Positions 36,470 through 45,678 of a stretch of 64,000 nt of DNA are shown here, in pieces. Each line of letters opens with the position of its first letter. Within the stretch, counting starts at the first letter, position 1. The translations under genes were made by a program, and so were the position numbers. The stretch lies in sequence record OR413575.1; one strand, written 5' to 3'. The notes beneath the pieces are model-generated. The model was not told the origin of the DNA. It saw only the letters and a list, made by a program, of their open reading frames with translations, and did no database searches.

Positions 36470-36836
36470 CCTTAGCCGAGCTAGAGATACTTTGGAGTCT
36501 GAGGAAGAATATACTTATCGCGAATTAAGTCTATCTGATCGGGCTGAGTATCTCGAACGAGTAGAAGAAATAATGAGTGATTATTATTTCGATAAACTCA
36601 CACGTGGAATGAACGATGATGAAATAACCCCTGAGTTCTTAGATTCGATACAGGGTAAACTCACTAACTGGATGGACATAGCAGAACTGGTCTGTCGAGC
36701 TGACTTTTTCGATTCCCTTTACAAATTCGTCAATCGTATTGCGCATGAGGATCAACGTTTGGTCGTCATTGGGATTGAAATTCAGAAAAGAAGAGTGATC
36801 ATTGATTATGGGTATGGCACTAGTTGTAGATCTTAA
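36360..36836 (+). CDS. acidic array protein 4, start uncertain
   Basis: GTG or a downstream TTG near GGAGGAG; shared array architecture. Confidence 0.6.
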   Translation: MEESLTLLVPYAIKILTYDLVFTEKLRADEVQDVVISLSRARDTLESEEEYTYRELSLSDRAEYLERVEEIMSDYYFDKLTRGMNDDEITPEFLDSIQGKLTNWMDIAELVCRADFFDSLYKFVNRIAHEDQRLVVIGIEIQKRRVIIDYGYGTSCRS

Positions 36837-37302
36837 GCGGTTAGTAATGTATGGCGAGTTGTTTATGGAGCGCTTTGCTCGTGACTATCCAGACTACGCA
36901 GACCGCGTTTCTTTTGATCGCAGTCGCAGGGATGCTTTGCGTGATTACATCTACAATCGTTTCTGGAATCTACTTGGTGAAACAGCTAAATATGACATGG
37001 ACGAATTAGAGGAAGATCTTTATCTCGACAAGTTATTTGAAGGCTGGAAACCTGATTGCTGGTATCATGACAGCAATAAAGAATTAGTAGTAGATGATAT
37101 GGGGTCGTTTAAGTTTAACGCTGACGTAGTGGAAGAACTGGACGATAAGCTACAAGTTATCATTTCCAAAGAGAGGCTTTACTTAGGGTTTAGCATATTG
37201 GAAATGGATATAAGTCGTATTGCCTTAACCATAGACATCTATGGTGATTGGCGAGCGCAACAATGGTGCATTGAAAATGACGAGGAATATATCCCAACGT
37301 GA
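36814..37302 (+). CDS. acidic array protein 5
   Basis: Overlapping start; shared array architecture. Confidence 0.7.
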   Translation: MALVVDLKRLVMYGELFMERFARDYPDYADRVSFDRSRRDALRDYIYNRFWNLLGETAKYDMDELEEDLYLDKLFEGWKPDCWYHDSNKELVVDDMGSFKFNADVVEELDDKLQVIISKERLYLGFSILEMDISRIALTIDIYGDWRAQQWCIENDEEYIPT

Positions 37303-37648
37303 ACCCGTTCACATTGTCCCGCTAGATTGGATAGTTACCTGGTTTATTACCGCGATACAACGGCTGGATGAGGATGCAGCCTACGCGGTTAATGAAAAAG
37401 ATGCCATTAGAATAATGATAGCCGATGCAATGCGTATTGATGAACCATGGGTGGAACGTAAGTATATGGAAATCATTAATCAATACGAAGGGTTTGGGAT
37501 TGACAGTGCTGTAATAATGAAGATCCTAAACCGGGGGGTAGAAAAATTAGAGCGTCGGCTTGATAATGCTGGGGTCCGTTGTGGGCCCCGGTATTCTTTT
37601 GACTGGTATCATGGATCCAGAAACTTATACATTTACGAGGGGATGTGA
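37277..37648 (+). CDS. array protein 6, start uncertain
   Basis: Shared array architecture. Confidence 0.65.
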   Translation: MTRNISQREPVHIVPLDWIVTWFITAIQRLDEDAAYAVNEKDAIRIMIADAMRIDEPWVERKYMEIINQYEGFGIDSAVIMKILNRGVEKLERRLDNAGVRCGPRYSFDWYHGSRNLYIYEGM

Positions 37649-38031
37649 TGATGTACATGATAGATATAAGGAGGAAGTCTAAACGGTTATTAGAGATGTC
37701 TAATACAGCTAAGCAAGTATACGGTATGGAATTCAACGAGTTTTGTCGATTAGCCTGTATATCTTCTTTAGCTGTTGAAGTTACGCATTTAGACAGTAAA
37801 CGTAATCATTATGCAACTGATATGAGTACGTTGAACTACATACGCGATGAAATTTTAAATCATTTAGGAGATGATTATGAAGATAAAGAATACCGTGATC
37901 TAACGATAATGGTAAGTGTAGCAGGAAACGAAATCCGTAGAGCGACATCCATTATCGATCTACCTAACGAGGAGCTAAGAAACCTAGACGTCAAAGCAGA
38001 TTTCTTACGCGGACTAATTTATGCGAGATGA
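37645..38031 (+). CDS. array protein 7
   Basis: GTGA overlap; shared array architecture. Confidence 0.7.
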   Translation: MMMYMIDIRRKSKRLLEMSNTAKQVYGMEFNEFCRLACISSLAVEVTHLDSKRNHYATDMSTLNYIRDEILNHLGDDYEDKEYRDLTIMVSVAGNEIRRATSIIDLPNEELRNLDVKADFLRGLIYAR

Positions 38032-38377
38032 AACATATTTGTTATTACCGATTAATCGTCGTTTGCACAGGTATCTCGCCGAAGTTAGGGGAGGTATGTT
38101 CGGAGAACAGTTATTGTCGATGGTACTTACCGGTTTTCTACAGAACATGCTTGTACACGAGTTTGACCTGAAAAAGCATTTGAACGACATTGATTATATC
38201 GACGGTGTATATGGAAGTGAAGCGCTTGAATTTCGACGTGAGGCATCTATAGCCATTACACGTATGACTATTCGTTACCGTAACCATTTCGATACGAAAA
38301 AGGTTAAAGGTATTAATATTTATAGAGCAACGTTTTCGAAAACAGCGTTGCGGTTTGTATACGAGGTTATATCATGA
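38021..38377 (+). CDS. array protein 8
   Basis: Overlapping start; shared array architecture. Confidence 0.7.
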   Translation: MRDETYLLLPINRRLHRYLAEVRGGMFGEQLLSMVLTGFLQNMLVHEFDLKKHLNDIDYIDGVYGSEALEFRREASIAITRMTIRYRNHFDTKKVKGINIYRATFSKTALRFVYEVIS

Positions 38378-38856
38378 ATGGTATAGAAGCAACTTATATC
38401 ATCCCAGCCTCAGGATTAAGAGGATTGAAACCTGAGGAGTTCTTTAAAGGGAATTTTGATTTTCTGGACTCTGGTTTTGTAATTGAAACCGCTGTTCAAA
38501 TGTACTTGGATTATTTGATTGATGGTGAGGACGATAACTGGCAATCTGCAGCAGAAGATGCAGTGTTCCGTGAATATATTGGAACTATTAAGTCTATTGC
38601 TAAAGAGATTGTATTCAGAGATAAATCTCCAAGGACAGCGATGGAGAGAGGTAACGGATTATTGGCCGCATCTGACTTGGTCGATAAGTTCATTAACGAT
38701 ATAACCAATCATATATCATCCGTGAGTACGTATATCTCTAATTTACCCACTGCGTCTGATTTACAGGAACTCGTTTACCTTACGGAAGGCGAGCTCATTG
38801 TACAGAACGCATATTTACGCGGGAAGAACATACGGTTTCGTATTGTGGAGGTTTGA
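38374..38856 (+). CDS. array protein 9
   Basis: ATGA overlap; GAGGT SD. Confidence 0.7.
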   Translation: MNGIEATYIIPASGLRGLKPEEFFKGNFDFLDSGFVIETAVQMYLDYLIDGEDDNWQSAAEDAVFREYIGTIKSIAKEIVFRDKSPRTAMERGNGLLAASDLVDKFINDITNHISSVSTYISNLPTASDLQELVYLTEGELIVQNAYLRGKNIRFRIVEV

Positions 38857-39224
38857 TGGAACCTGACTATGTCGTTCTACCCACGCGGGATTTTATAGAC
38901 AAAGTCGGAGATATCTTTAACTATGTACCTGAAACGTTTAACTTCAATGAGGAAATGTTTATAGGCTTTGCAATCGATTCAGTATTTAATGATACGTGGT
39001 CAGACACACGAGAATTTATAATGAATTGTTTTTCTCATGCCCGTACCACTACCGATGAAGAACGTGAAATGATCCTGGACATTGTCGAGAATAAGTTTAT
39101 CGACGTGTCTGATTCACTCAGGTATAGTTACGATCAATATCGAAGATTATTCAGACCCAGGTGGCGTGTAGATCTGGTTAAGATTAATTGGGCGAGTAAA
39201 TCACTGGTGCTGAAACTATTATGA
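38853..39224 (+). CDS. array protein 10
   Basis: Overlapping start; GGAGG SD. Confidence 0.7.
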   Translation: MMEPDYVVLPTRDFIDKVGDIFNYVPETFNFNEEMFIGFAIDSVFNDTWSDTREFIMNCFSHARTTTDEEREMILDIVENKFIDVSDSLRYSYDQYRRLFRPRWRVDLVKINWASKSLVLKLL

Positions 39225-39538
39225 ACTCAGTAATATGTATCCAAAGTCAAAGTGTCGGTGTATTGGCGAGTCGTATGCAAGGATTCCTTGTCCGCAATGA
39301 TCTACCCACTACACCTGACTTTTTACAAAAGACCTTCACTGAATTGTTAGAGATCGACTTCATGACATTGAACCCTGTTCAGTACATGCAGTTTTTCCGC
39401 GACTACCCGCAATCGGATAAGTTATATTTCCGTATTGCGCAACATATCCTCGATGCGTTAGGTGAAGATGTTTCTGTCCGTGCTGTTCAGGTATTGTCTT
39501 TATCTGGCCCGAATATCACGGTTAGTATCGATCATTAA
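39221..39538 (+). CDS. array protein 11
   Basis: ATGA overlap; shared array architecture. Confidence 0.65.
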   Translation: MNSVICIQSQSVGVLASRMQGFLVRNDLPTTPDFLQKTFTELLEIDFMTLNPVQYMQFFRDYPQSDKLYFRIAQHILDALGEDVSVRAVQVLSLSGPNITVSIDH

Positions 39539-39548
39539 GGGGAGCCTT

Positions 39549-39965
39549 ATGGAAATCCTGGGCAAGTTCGATTTAGGCGACACTGTCACGTTTCAATTAC
39601 AATCTGGAGCGATGGCGATTATTCCTGATTCGTTCACTCGTTGTGTAGTTAAGTCACGAGTGCTGGCTGAAGATGTAGGTCGTTTCGATATCGATCCTTA
39701 TAGCCTTCACCAGTTAGTTTATCCGACACTGACGCCTAACAGCTGTCCGTCTGATCCGGATAAGTATAAGTGGCTAATTATTAAAACACTGAGCGGTAGT
39801 ACATTAGCTATCGGCGAACCATGGGTCAACGTGGATACTATTGAAGCTGTTACGAACACAGGCTTAACTATCTATTGCAGTTCATCTCCGAAGAACGGAT
39901 TGAACTTAGCAAGACAGGTACTTACAGCCAATGGGTTCGTGGTAGCATCTATTGTCCCCGATTGA
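39549..39965 (+). CDS. conserved chimallivirus protein upstream of DNA polymerase (phiKZ gp49 position)
   Basis: GGGGAG SD before ATG 39549; SH3-like start FDLGDTVTF; synteny. Confidence 0.6.
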   Translation: MEILGKFDLGDTVTFQLQSGAMAIIPDSFTRCVVKSRVLAEDVGRFDIDPYSLHQLVYPTLTPNSCPSDPDKYKWLIIKTLSGSTLAIGEPWVNVDTIEAVTNTGLTIYCSSSPKNGLNLARQVLTANGFVVASIVPD

Positions 39966-39974
39966 TTCATGTCA

Positions 39975-40010
39975 TAAAGGAGGGCTCGAGCCCTCCTTTA
40001 TTTTTTTGTC
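39975..40010 (+). terminator. intrinsic terminator
   Basis: TAAAGGAGGGC-TCGA-GCCCTCCTTTA, T7, GTC. Confidence 0.85.
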
Positions 40011-40076
40011 TCGTTTATTTTTGAGTAATTAACCCATTAGTATAGAGAGAATAAATTTAACCAAAAAGGTTTCAAC

Positions 40077-42275
40077 ATGGCCGCGTTAGTTAATAACCCG
40101 TTTAACCGAAAGGCCTCCGATTATGTCCGTGATATTAACGTAATCGATGGGGCGATAAATCAGTTCGCGATTATGATATCGCGGAGTTACAAGATCAGTT
40201 ATAAGGAAGCACGCGACTACGTTGTAGATGAACTGAAGAACGGTTCTAAACGTTTCCGTGATCCTATCATGCGTTACCTCCAACAAGACGAGTTTGAAGA
40301 CCGTCATCCGGAGGAAATGAAGTTCAGCCAATATATCCGTAGTGCTGAACGCGATAAGTTGTTAATGGCACCTACGTTTACTCAGATCATTCCACCTGAT
40401 CGTAAAGAGTCCATGCTGTCCAGCTATATCAAGGTCAACTTGGCAAAACGTAATGCCGAAAAGAAAGCACAGCTTCAAGCTGCGAACCATGGCGAGAAGT
40501 TCAAAGAGTCTCTCCATAAGAACAACCAGAACAACAAGAAAATCCTGAACAATGCTATATCAGGAAACCATCGTTCTATCCACAGTATTCTGTACGATCG
40601 TCCGGTACACCCGATATTGACATCTTGTTGTCGTATAGCGAACGGATCTGCTAACTCAAACAATGATAGACTGTTGATGGGTAGTCGACATTACTACACG
40701 CCGGATACAGTATTGGCTAACATTGCCTCTATTATAGAGATAACTGATTGGCCGTTGGTAAGACAGGCGGTGGATAAACATAATCTACACAAGCCTACAG
40801 TAGAAGAAACATTAGCCGTTATTAAGCGGTCGACTGACTTATACTGGGTATCGGAACATGCGGGTGGTAACAAACACATCGTCAGGTTTGTAGAATCATT
40901 GGATGAGTACGAACGAGCTGCTGTTTGTTACATGGGCGACTTGTACCACCTAGCTCAGTTCAACGACAGTGTGATTCGTGAGATTATAGATGCTCTGGTT
41001 AAGGAACCAACTGTTCGTGTCGACAATGACTTTGAATGGTTGAACCATGTTGATGAAGATACTCAGGCGCAGATCAAGGTACGATTCCCTGAGATCGTTG
41101 GTAAAGAACACTTCTGGCATGATGACGTAAAAGCAAGAGATGACTATTGGAAGGTCGGCTCAATGGCTTGTCAGATTTATCAGACGTTAGATAAATATGC
41201 CGACGTGATTAATGCGTTCCTGATGTCTAAGAACGTCCCGTTCTTAATCAGCGATTTCCCATCAGCAATTCGTCGTGCAGGCGTAGGTTCAGATACTGAC
41301 TCCGCAATCTTTACAGTACAGGATTGGGCAATCTGGTATAACGGTAACGATGATGTTACCTACGAAAACATTTTGTTATCGGAAGCCATGGCGTTTATCG
41401 TATCTGAAACAACCACTCACAACCTGGCGACAATGACAGTTAACATAGGCGTAACTGATGAGAAGGAAATCTTCCGCCTGTCAATGAAGAACGAGTATTT
41501 ATTCCCTGTCTTTATGTTAACGTCGCGTGCTAAGCACTATGCCGCATTACAGAAGGTACAAGAAGGAGTAATCTTCGACAAGGCTAAGTTGGAGAAGAAA
41601 GGAGTTGAGTTGATTGCATCTAACTCACCGGAAGGTGTGCGTAATGACTTGGATAGATTGATTCTGGATGCCTTACATAAGCAGGAACGAGGTGAACGGA
41701 TATCGCTACACGAGTACTTAGTGACTGTAGCCGAGTGGGAGCACCGTATATTCGACTCAATTTCAGCAGGTGAAACGATTTACCTGAAAGCAGCCCGTGT
41801 AAAGGAAGAGGATGGGTATACCAAGGAAGCAGAGAAGTCACGTTACGTGAACTACATGCTGTGGGATGAGGTGTTTGCGGATAAGTTTGGACAATGCGTA
41901 CCACCACCATATTCTGCGTTAGCGTTTAGTATCATTCCTGATACGAAGACAAAGACGAAGAAATGGATTGATAGCTGGGACGACACAGAACGCGCCGCAA
42001 GACTGCGGGCGTTCATGGAGAAGGTAGGGAAAGTTTATTTGGGTGAGATTCTGTTACCCGAGGATAACATTATGTCCTACGGGATCCCTAAAGAGATTCT
42101 GGATGTAATCAACGTTCGTAAAATCGTTGCAAAAGCTGTATCGCCGTTCTACTTATTCCTTGAGTCGTTCGAATACTACCTCCAAGACAAAGACCAATGT
42201 AAGTTAATCATGGACTTCATCTCGAAGGAAGATATCGTTCAGTTCAAGATAAATAAGGGACTACCGATTGATTAA
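40077..42275 (+). CDS. family-B DNA polymerase, catalytic subunit of the split phiKZ-type enzyme
   Basis: KKILNNAISG (motif B) and GSDTDS (motif C); no exonuclease motifs seen in this ORF. Confidence 0.85.
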   Translation: MAALVNNPFNRKASDYVRDINVIDGAINQFAIMISRSYKISYKEARDYVVDELKNGSKRFRDPIMRYLQQDEFEDRHPEEMKFSQYIRSAERDKLLMAPTFTQIIPPDRKESMLSSYIKVNLAKRNAEKKAQLQAANHGEKFKESLHKNNQNNKKILNNAISGNHRSIHSILYDRPVHPILTSCCRIANGSANSNNDRLLMGSRHYYTPDTVLANIASIIEITDWPLVRQAVDKHNLHKPTVEETLAVIKRSTDLYWVSEHAGGNKHIVRFVESLDEYERAAVCYMGDLYHLAQFNDSVIREIIDALVKEPTVRVDNDFEWLNHVDEDTQAQIKVRFPEIVGKEHFWHDDVKARDDYWKVGSMACQIYQTLDKYADVINAFLMSKNVPFLISDFPSAIRRAGVGSDTDSAIFTVQDWAIWYNGNDDVTYENILLSEAMAFIVSETTTHNLATMTVNIGVTDEKEIFRLSMKNEYLFPVFMLTSRAKHYAALQKVQEGVIFDKAKLEKKGVELIASNSPEGVRNDLDRLILDALHKQERGERISLHEYLVTVAEWEHRIFDSISAGETIYLKAARVKEEDGYTKEAEKSRYVNYMLWDEVFADKFGQCVPPPYSALAFSIIPDTKTKTKKWIDSWDDTERAARLRAFMEKVGKVYLGEILLPEDNIMSYGIPKEILDVINVRKIVAKAVSPFYLFLESFEYYLQDKDQCKLIMDFISKEDIVQFKINKGLPID

Positions 42276-43326
42276 ACCGGTCGGCTATATCGCTAGCCCT
42301 TACTCCTTCAATATTCAGATACCCACCGGACTTCAAATCCCGGAAACGTTTCTGTAAATATTTAAGGGCGAACCCATTATCTTTTGAACCAGATTGAAAA
42401 CTCATTTGCGCAAGTGTTTCTAACCAAGGTAATGTACCGATAGTTAATACACCTGCGTTACCTGAGCCAACAGGGATGTTGGGCATCTGGAGGAAATCCC
42501 AAACAGTGTTCCCGTTCAGTAACAGGATAGATTGAGCGAGATCAATAAGGTTGCGTGGTTTTAGAGCGTTATGTTCTAACAGATACTGAACGTCAGGAGA
42601 GACGAGAGGTTCTGCATCAGGGACGCTGAACACGTAGTTCTTGCGCTGAGGGGTAATGGAATGTCCCATTAACTGAGCACTGATGTGGTTGAAGTAAGAA
42701 ACATCAGCATCACTCCGCATCATGTTAACCAAAGGGTATTGGAACACGAACTGCTCAACACCAGGCATCACTTCGAGATTCTGACGAGCCCACTGTTTCC
42801 ACTTGTGGAACTGCAAGGCTAGTAAAGGAATGTCAACAGTGATTACGGCGTAACCCTCAATCTTTTTCGATCGTGAGCCATCGCGAATATTGAGAGACAT
42901 GTCGTTATAAGGGTGGTATAGAACTTTCACAGGAGTGAAGTCTTGCCATAACCCCTCAATGGAAACCAGCGGTGTATAACCGTTAGTCACGGATACGACA
43001 TATTCTTTGATCTTAGGATCAAAGAAGGAGTTCTTAGATGCGGGACCTACCTTAGCATTGTAGTCGGTAAAGCCAACTGCGCGCGCGATACGGGAAGTCC
43101 TTGCATCTACTTCATTATAGTAGAGCTTATCGTTCTTCTCGTAAGAAAGTCCGATCTGCTGGAGTATCTTAATAAGGATATGGTCAGACTCAACAACGTG
43201 AGTTGTACGTCTATAGTTATAAGCAGCACGGATAAGACCTTCATCTACTCGCTCGCTCAGATAGCCATGTCGAGGAGGGTTTATTAACGGTACGTTCCGT
43301 TTATCTGTTCTGAATAAGGAAAGCAT
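42244..43326 (-). CDS. conserved virion protein (phiKZ gp52 position)
   Basis: 360 aa between polymerase and chimallin; TATG upstream on -; AGGAG SD. Confidence 0.6.
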   Translation of the reverse strand: MLSLFRTDKRNVPLINPPRHGYLSERVDEGLIRAAYNYRRTTHVVESDHILIKILQQIGLSYEKNDKLYYNEVDARTSRIARAVGFTDYNAKVGPASKNSFFDPKIKEYVVSVTNGYTPLVSIEGLWQDFTPVKVLYHPYNDMSLNIRDGSRSKKIEGYAVITVDIPLLALQFHKWKQWARQNLEVMPGVEQFVFQYPLVNMMRSDADVSYFNHISAQLMGHSITPQRKNYVFSVPDAEPLVSPDVQYLLEHNALKPRNLIDLAQSILLLNGNTVWDFLQMPNIPVGSGNAGVLTIGTLPWLETLAQMSFQSGSKDNGFALKYLQKRFRDLKSGGYLNIEGVRASDIADRFNQSVVPYLS

Positions 43327-43485
43327 AACTTGCTCCTGTTTATGGTTTACATAAGATTAGCTATCCGATCGTGTAAAAAATAAATACTGTATATATTGTA
43401 TGTAGAAATACATTGCTGGGTCGCTCCCAGCATATCCAGATTTGATGTATGTCCAGTAAAAAGGCATTTCTAAAAAATCTACAGT

Positions 43486-43504
43486 TATACATTACTATAG
43501 TGAA
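43486..43504 (+). promoter_or_regulatory. early-type promoter of chimallin
   Basis: TATACATTAC-TAT-AGTGAA; upstream TATG sites at 43399 and 43448. Confidence 0.7.
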
Positions 43505-43566
43505 GTAGTAGAACCTACTTTATAAAAGCGCTTTTATAAACAAGTTTATCTGAGGAGTAAAGTACC

Positions 43567-45585
43567 ATGGCATTTGTAGACAACAAAAAAGATAAAGCAA
43601 CTGATGTTGAAGAAGTAACAGTAGAAGTAGCTGTTGAAGTGACTGAGCCTGAACAACCGGCTGAGTCAGTTCGTGAAGAGCGTCGTAACAACGCTCGTAA
43701 AGTACGCGGCGATCGTCCAGTACAACGTCGCAGTCGCGACGAAGAAGAAGAAGTAGAACAACAACCCCGTAAATCTCGCACTAAAGGTAATGAAACTATG
43801 AGCAACCCAATGGATCTGATGTCCCGTTTCGCTGCGCCGATCGCTTCCCTGTCTGGCAGCCACCTGGAAAAATTCGCAGCACCGATTAAAGAGTTCATGG
43901 AAAACCACCATGCCTCTTTCAAAGAAAACTACGGTATGGATTTCGAAATCTTCCGTATTCCTTCTGAAGTTAGCCGTATCCGTCTCGAATCAGTAATCGT
44001 CGCAGCAACCTTCGGCCCGGCGAACGATCGCGAAACTCTGGCGTACACCATCCTGCTCCCATCCTCCGGTAGCCTGGGTACTCAGTACACTGAAGGCGAA
44101 CGTGGTCGTAACGGTATGGCATACAGCGCCGTAGCTTCCGATGCGTACAACGATGCATTCTGCACCAACGTAAACCGTGCAATTGCAAACGGCCGCGGTG
44201 ACAAAGGCGAAATCATGCACATCGGTGCACTGACTGTTCCGCCGATCTACGATCTGTCCGATAAAGAGAAAGTTGGTCAGTTGATCATCCACGCAGTAAC
44301 TGTTGTTCACTATCAGCACGTCGGTAACTCTTCTGAGATTAACGACATGGCGCTGGTTGACCTGCTGCCGCAGAATGACGATGATGATCGTCGTGGTCGT
44401 GGTTCCGATTACGCACTGACTTCCAACGTTGTGTATAAGCCGGAAGAAACTGTGAACTTCCTGGGTCTGCCGCAGTCCAGCGATATCTCCGTTGAGATCT
44501 CTTTGGGTCGTGACCGTGGTCGTGGTCGCGATCGTGATCGTAGCCGTAACGCACTATCCGTAGAACAGAACTTCGTCCTGGGCCGCCTGAGCGCAAACGT
44601 CGATCTGGTTTACATCGGTGAAGCAGATGACGGTGGTCGTCGTCGTGGTCGTAATACCTTCATGCGTCGTCGCCGTCAAGAAGACGATGTAGTACCGGTA
44701 TACGGTATTGCACTGAACGTAACGGATATCTTCACTGAAAACCGTGACGTAATGTCTCTGCAGCTGACCACTCTGGCTAACCTGCCGCTGCTGATCAAAA
44801 CCGAAATCCTGGAAACGGCGCTGCTGCCAACTGCTGACGAAACTCGTCTGCGTGATCCGCGTGCACTGCTGCTGGAACAGCCGGGTGAAGTTGACGATCT
44901 GGATATCTCTGAGCATCCGGACGAGCGTGAGTGGAGCAACCTGATGGAAGCTATCTGCCACGAAGACAACACCTTTGTATTCCTGCACGTACCGCGTACC
45001 GGTATCCACAGCCAGCTGATGACTGCGCTGATCAACGCGACCTCTGGCGATAGCGAACTGCAAGACCAGGCGTACGATCTGATCAACCGCGTTCTGAACG
45101 CTGCGACTGATAACGAATGGAACGAAGTTGGTGGTCCTTCCATCGAAATCGGTGAGCTGGAAAACCGTCAGTCTCTGAACGGTTACTGGACTGGTCCGAA
45201 TGGCGAACGTCTGAGCCTGAACGGTATCGGCCGTTTCAACATGCTGACCCGCTACGGTAAAGATCATCCGGAATACCTGGAAAACTACGACGCTGCTATC
45301 GATGGCGTTGATGACCTGGACGTTTCTAACGCCCACATGGAAGAACTGCTCATGGCTTATACTTCTAAGTCTGCTCAGCTGATCGACCGTAACGATGTTA
45401 TCCGTCTGAACCCGGAATGGCTGGCTGCTATGGCAGAAGCATACCGTGCTTCCGGCGTAACCATCGATGCGGAAGGTATCTCCACTGAAAATGGTCGTCG
45501 TCGTCAGATGTCCGATAAGTTCGCAACTGGTTCTCTGGACACCGGTCTGTACCGCACTCGCGGTCGTGGTCGTAACCGCCGTTAA
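43567..45585 (+). CDS. chmA: chimallin, major phage-nucleus shell protein
   Basis: 672 aa directly upstream of the NADFDGD nvRNAP subunit; very strong high-expression codon bias; disordered termini; own early promoter and terminator. Confidence 0.78.
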   Translation: MAFVDNKKDKATDVEEVTVEVAVEVTEPEQPAESVREERRNNARKVRGDRPVQRRSRDEEEEVEQQPRKSRTKGNETMSNPMDLMSRFAAPIASLSGSHLEKFAAPIKEFMENHHASFKENYGMDFEIFRIPSEVSRIRLESVIVAATFGPANDRETLAYTILLPSSGSLGTQYTEGERGRNGMAYSAVASDAYNDAFCTNVNRAIANGRGDKGEIMHIGALTVPPIYDLSDKEKVGQLIIHAVTVVHYQHVGNSSEINDMALVDLLPQNDDDDRRGRGSDYALTSNVVYKPEETVNFLGLPQSSDISVEISLGRDRGRGRDRDRSRNALSVEQNFVLGRLSANVDLVYIGEADDGGRRRGRNTFMRRRRQEDDVVPVYGIALNVTDIFTENRDVMSLQLTTLANLPLLIKTEILETALLPTADETRLRDPRALLLEQPGEVDDLDISEHPDEREWSNLMEAICHEDNTFVFLHVPRTGIHSQLMTALINATSGDSELQDQAYDLINRVLNAATDNEWNEVGGPSIEIGELENRQSLNGYWTGPNGERLSLNGIGRFNMLTRYGKDHPEYLENYDAAIDGVDDLDVSNAHMEELLMAYTSKSAQLIDRNDVIRLNPEWLAAMAEAYRASGVTIDAEGISTENGRRRQMSDKFATGSLDTGLYRTRGRGRNRR

Positions 45586-45626
45586 TTATTCCGGGTGATA
45601 TCCACCTTGGAGTAATGTTGTAGGAT

Positions 45627-45657
45627 AAGGGAGCTTCGGCTCCCTTTCTTTTTTGTC
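45627..45657 (+). terminator. intrinsic terminator
   Basis: AAGGGAGC-TTCG-GCTCCCTT, U-tract, GTC. Confidence 0.85.
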
Positions 45658-45678
45658 TATTAGACGTCTGGAGTAGAG

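Noticed and set aside
43515-45336. Several minus-strand ORFs over chimallin (up to 260 aa)
   Set aside because: Expected from RNY-type codon bias, which depletes antisense stops.
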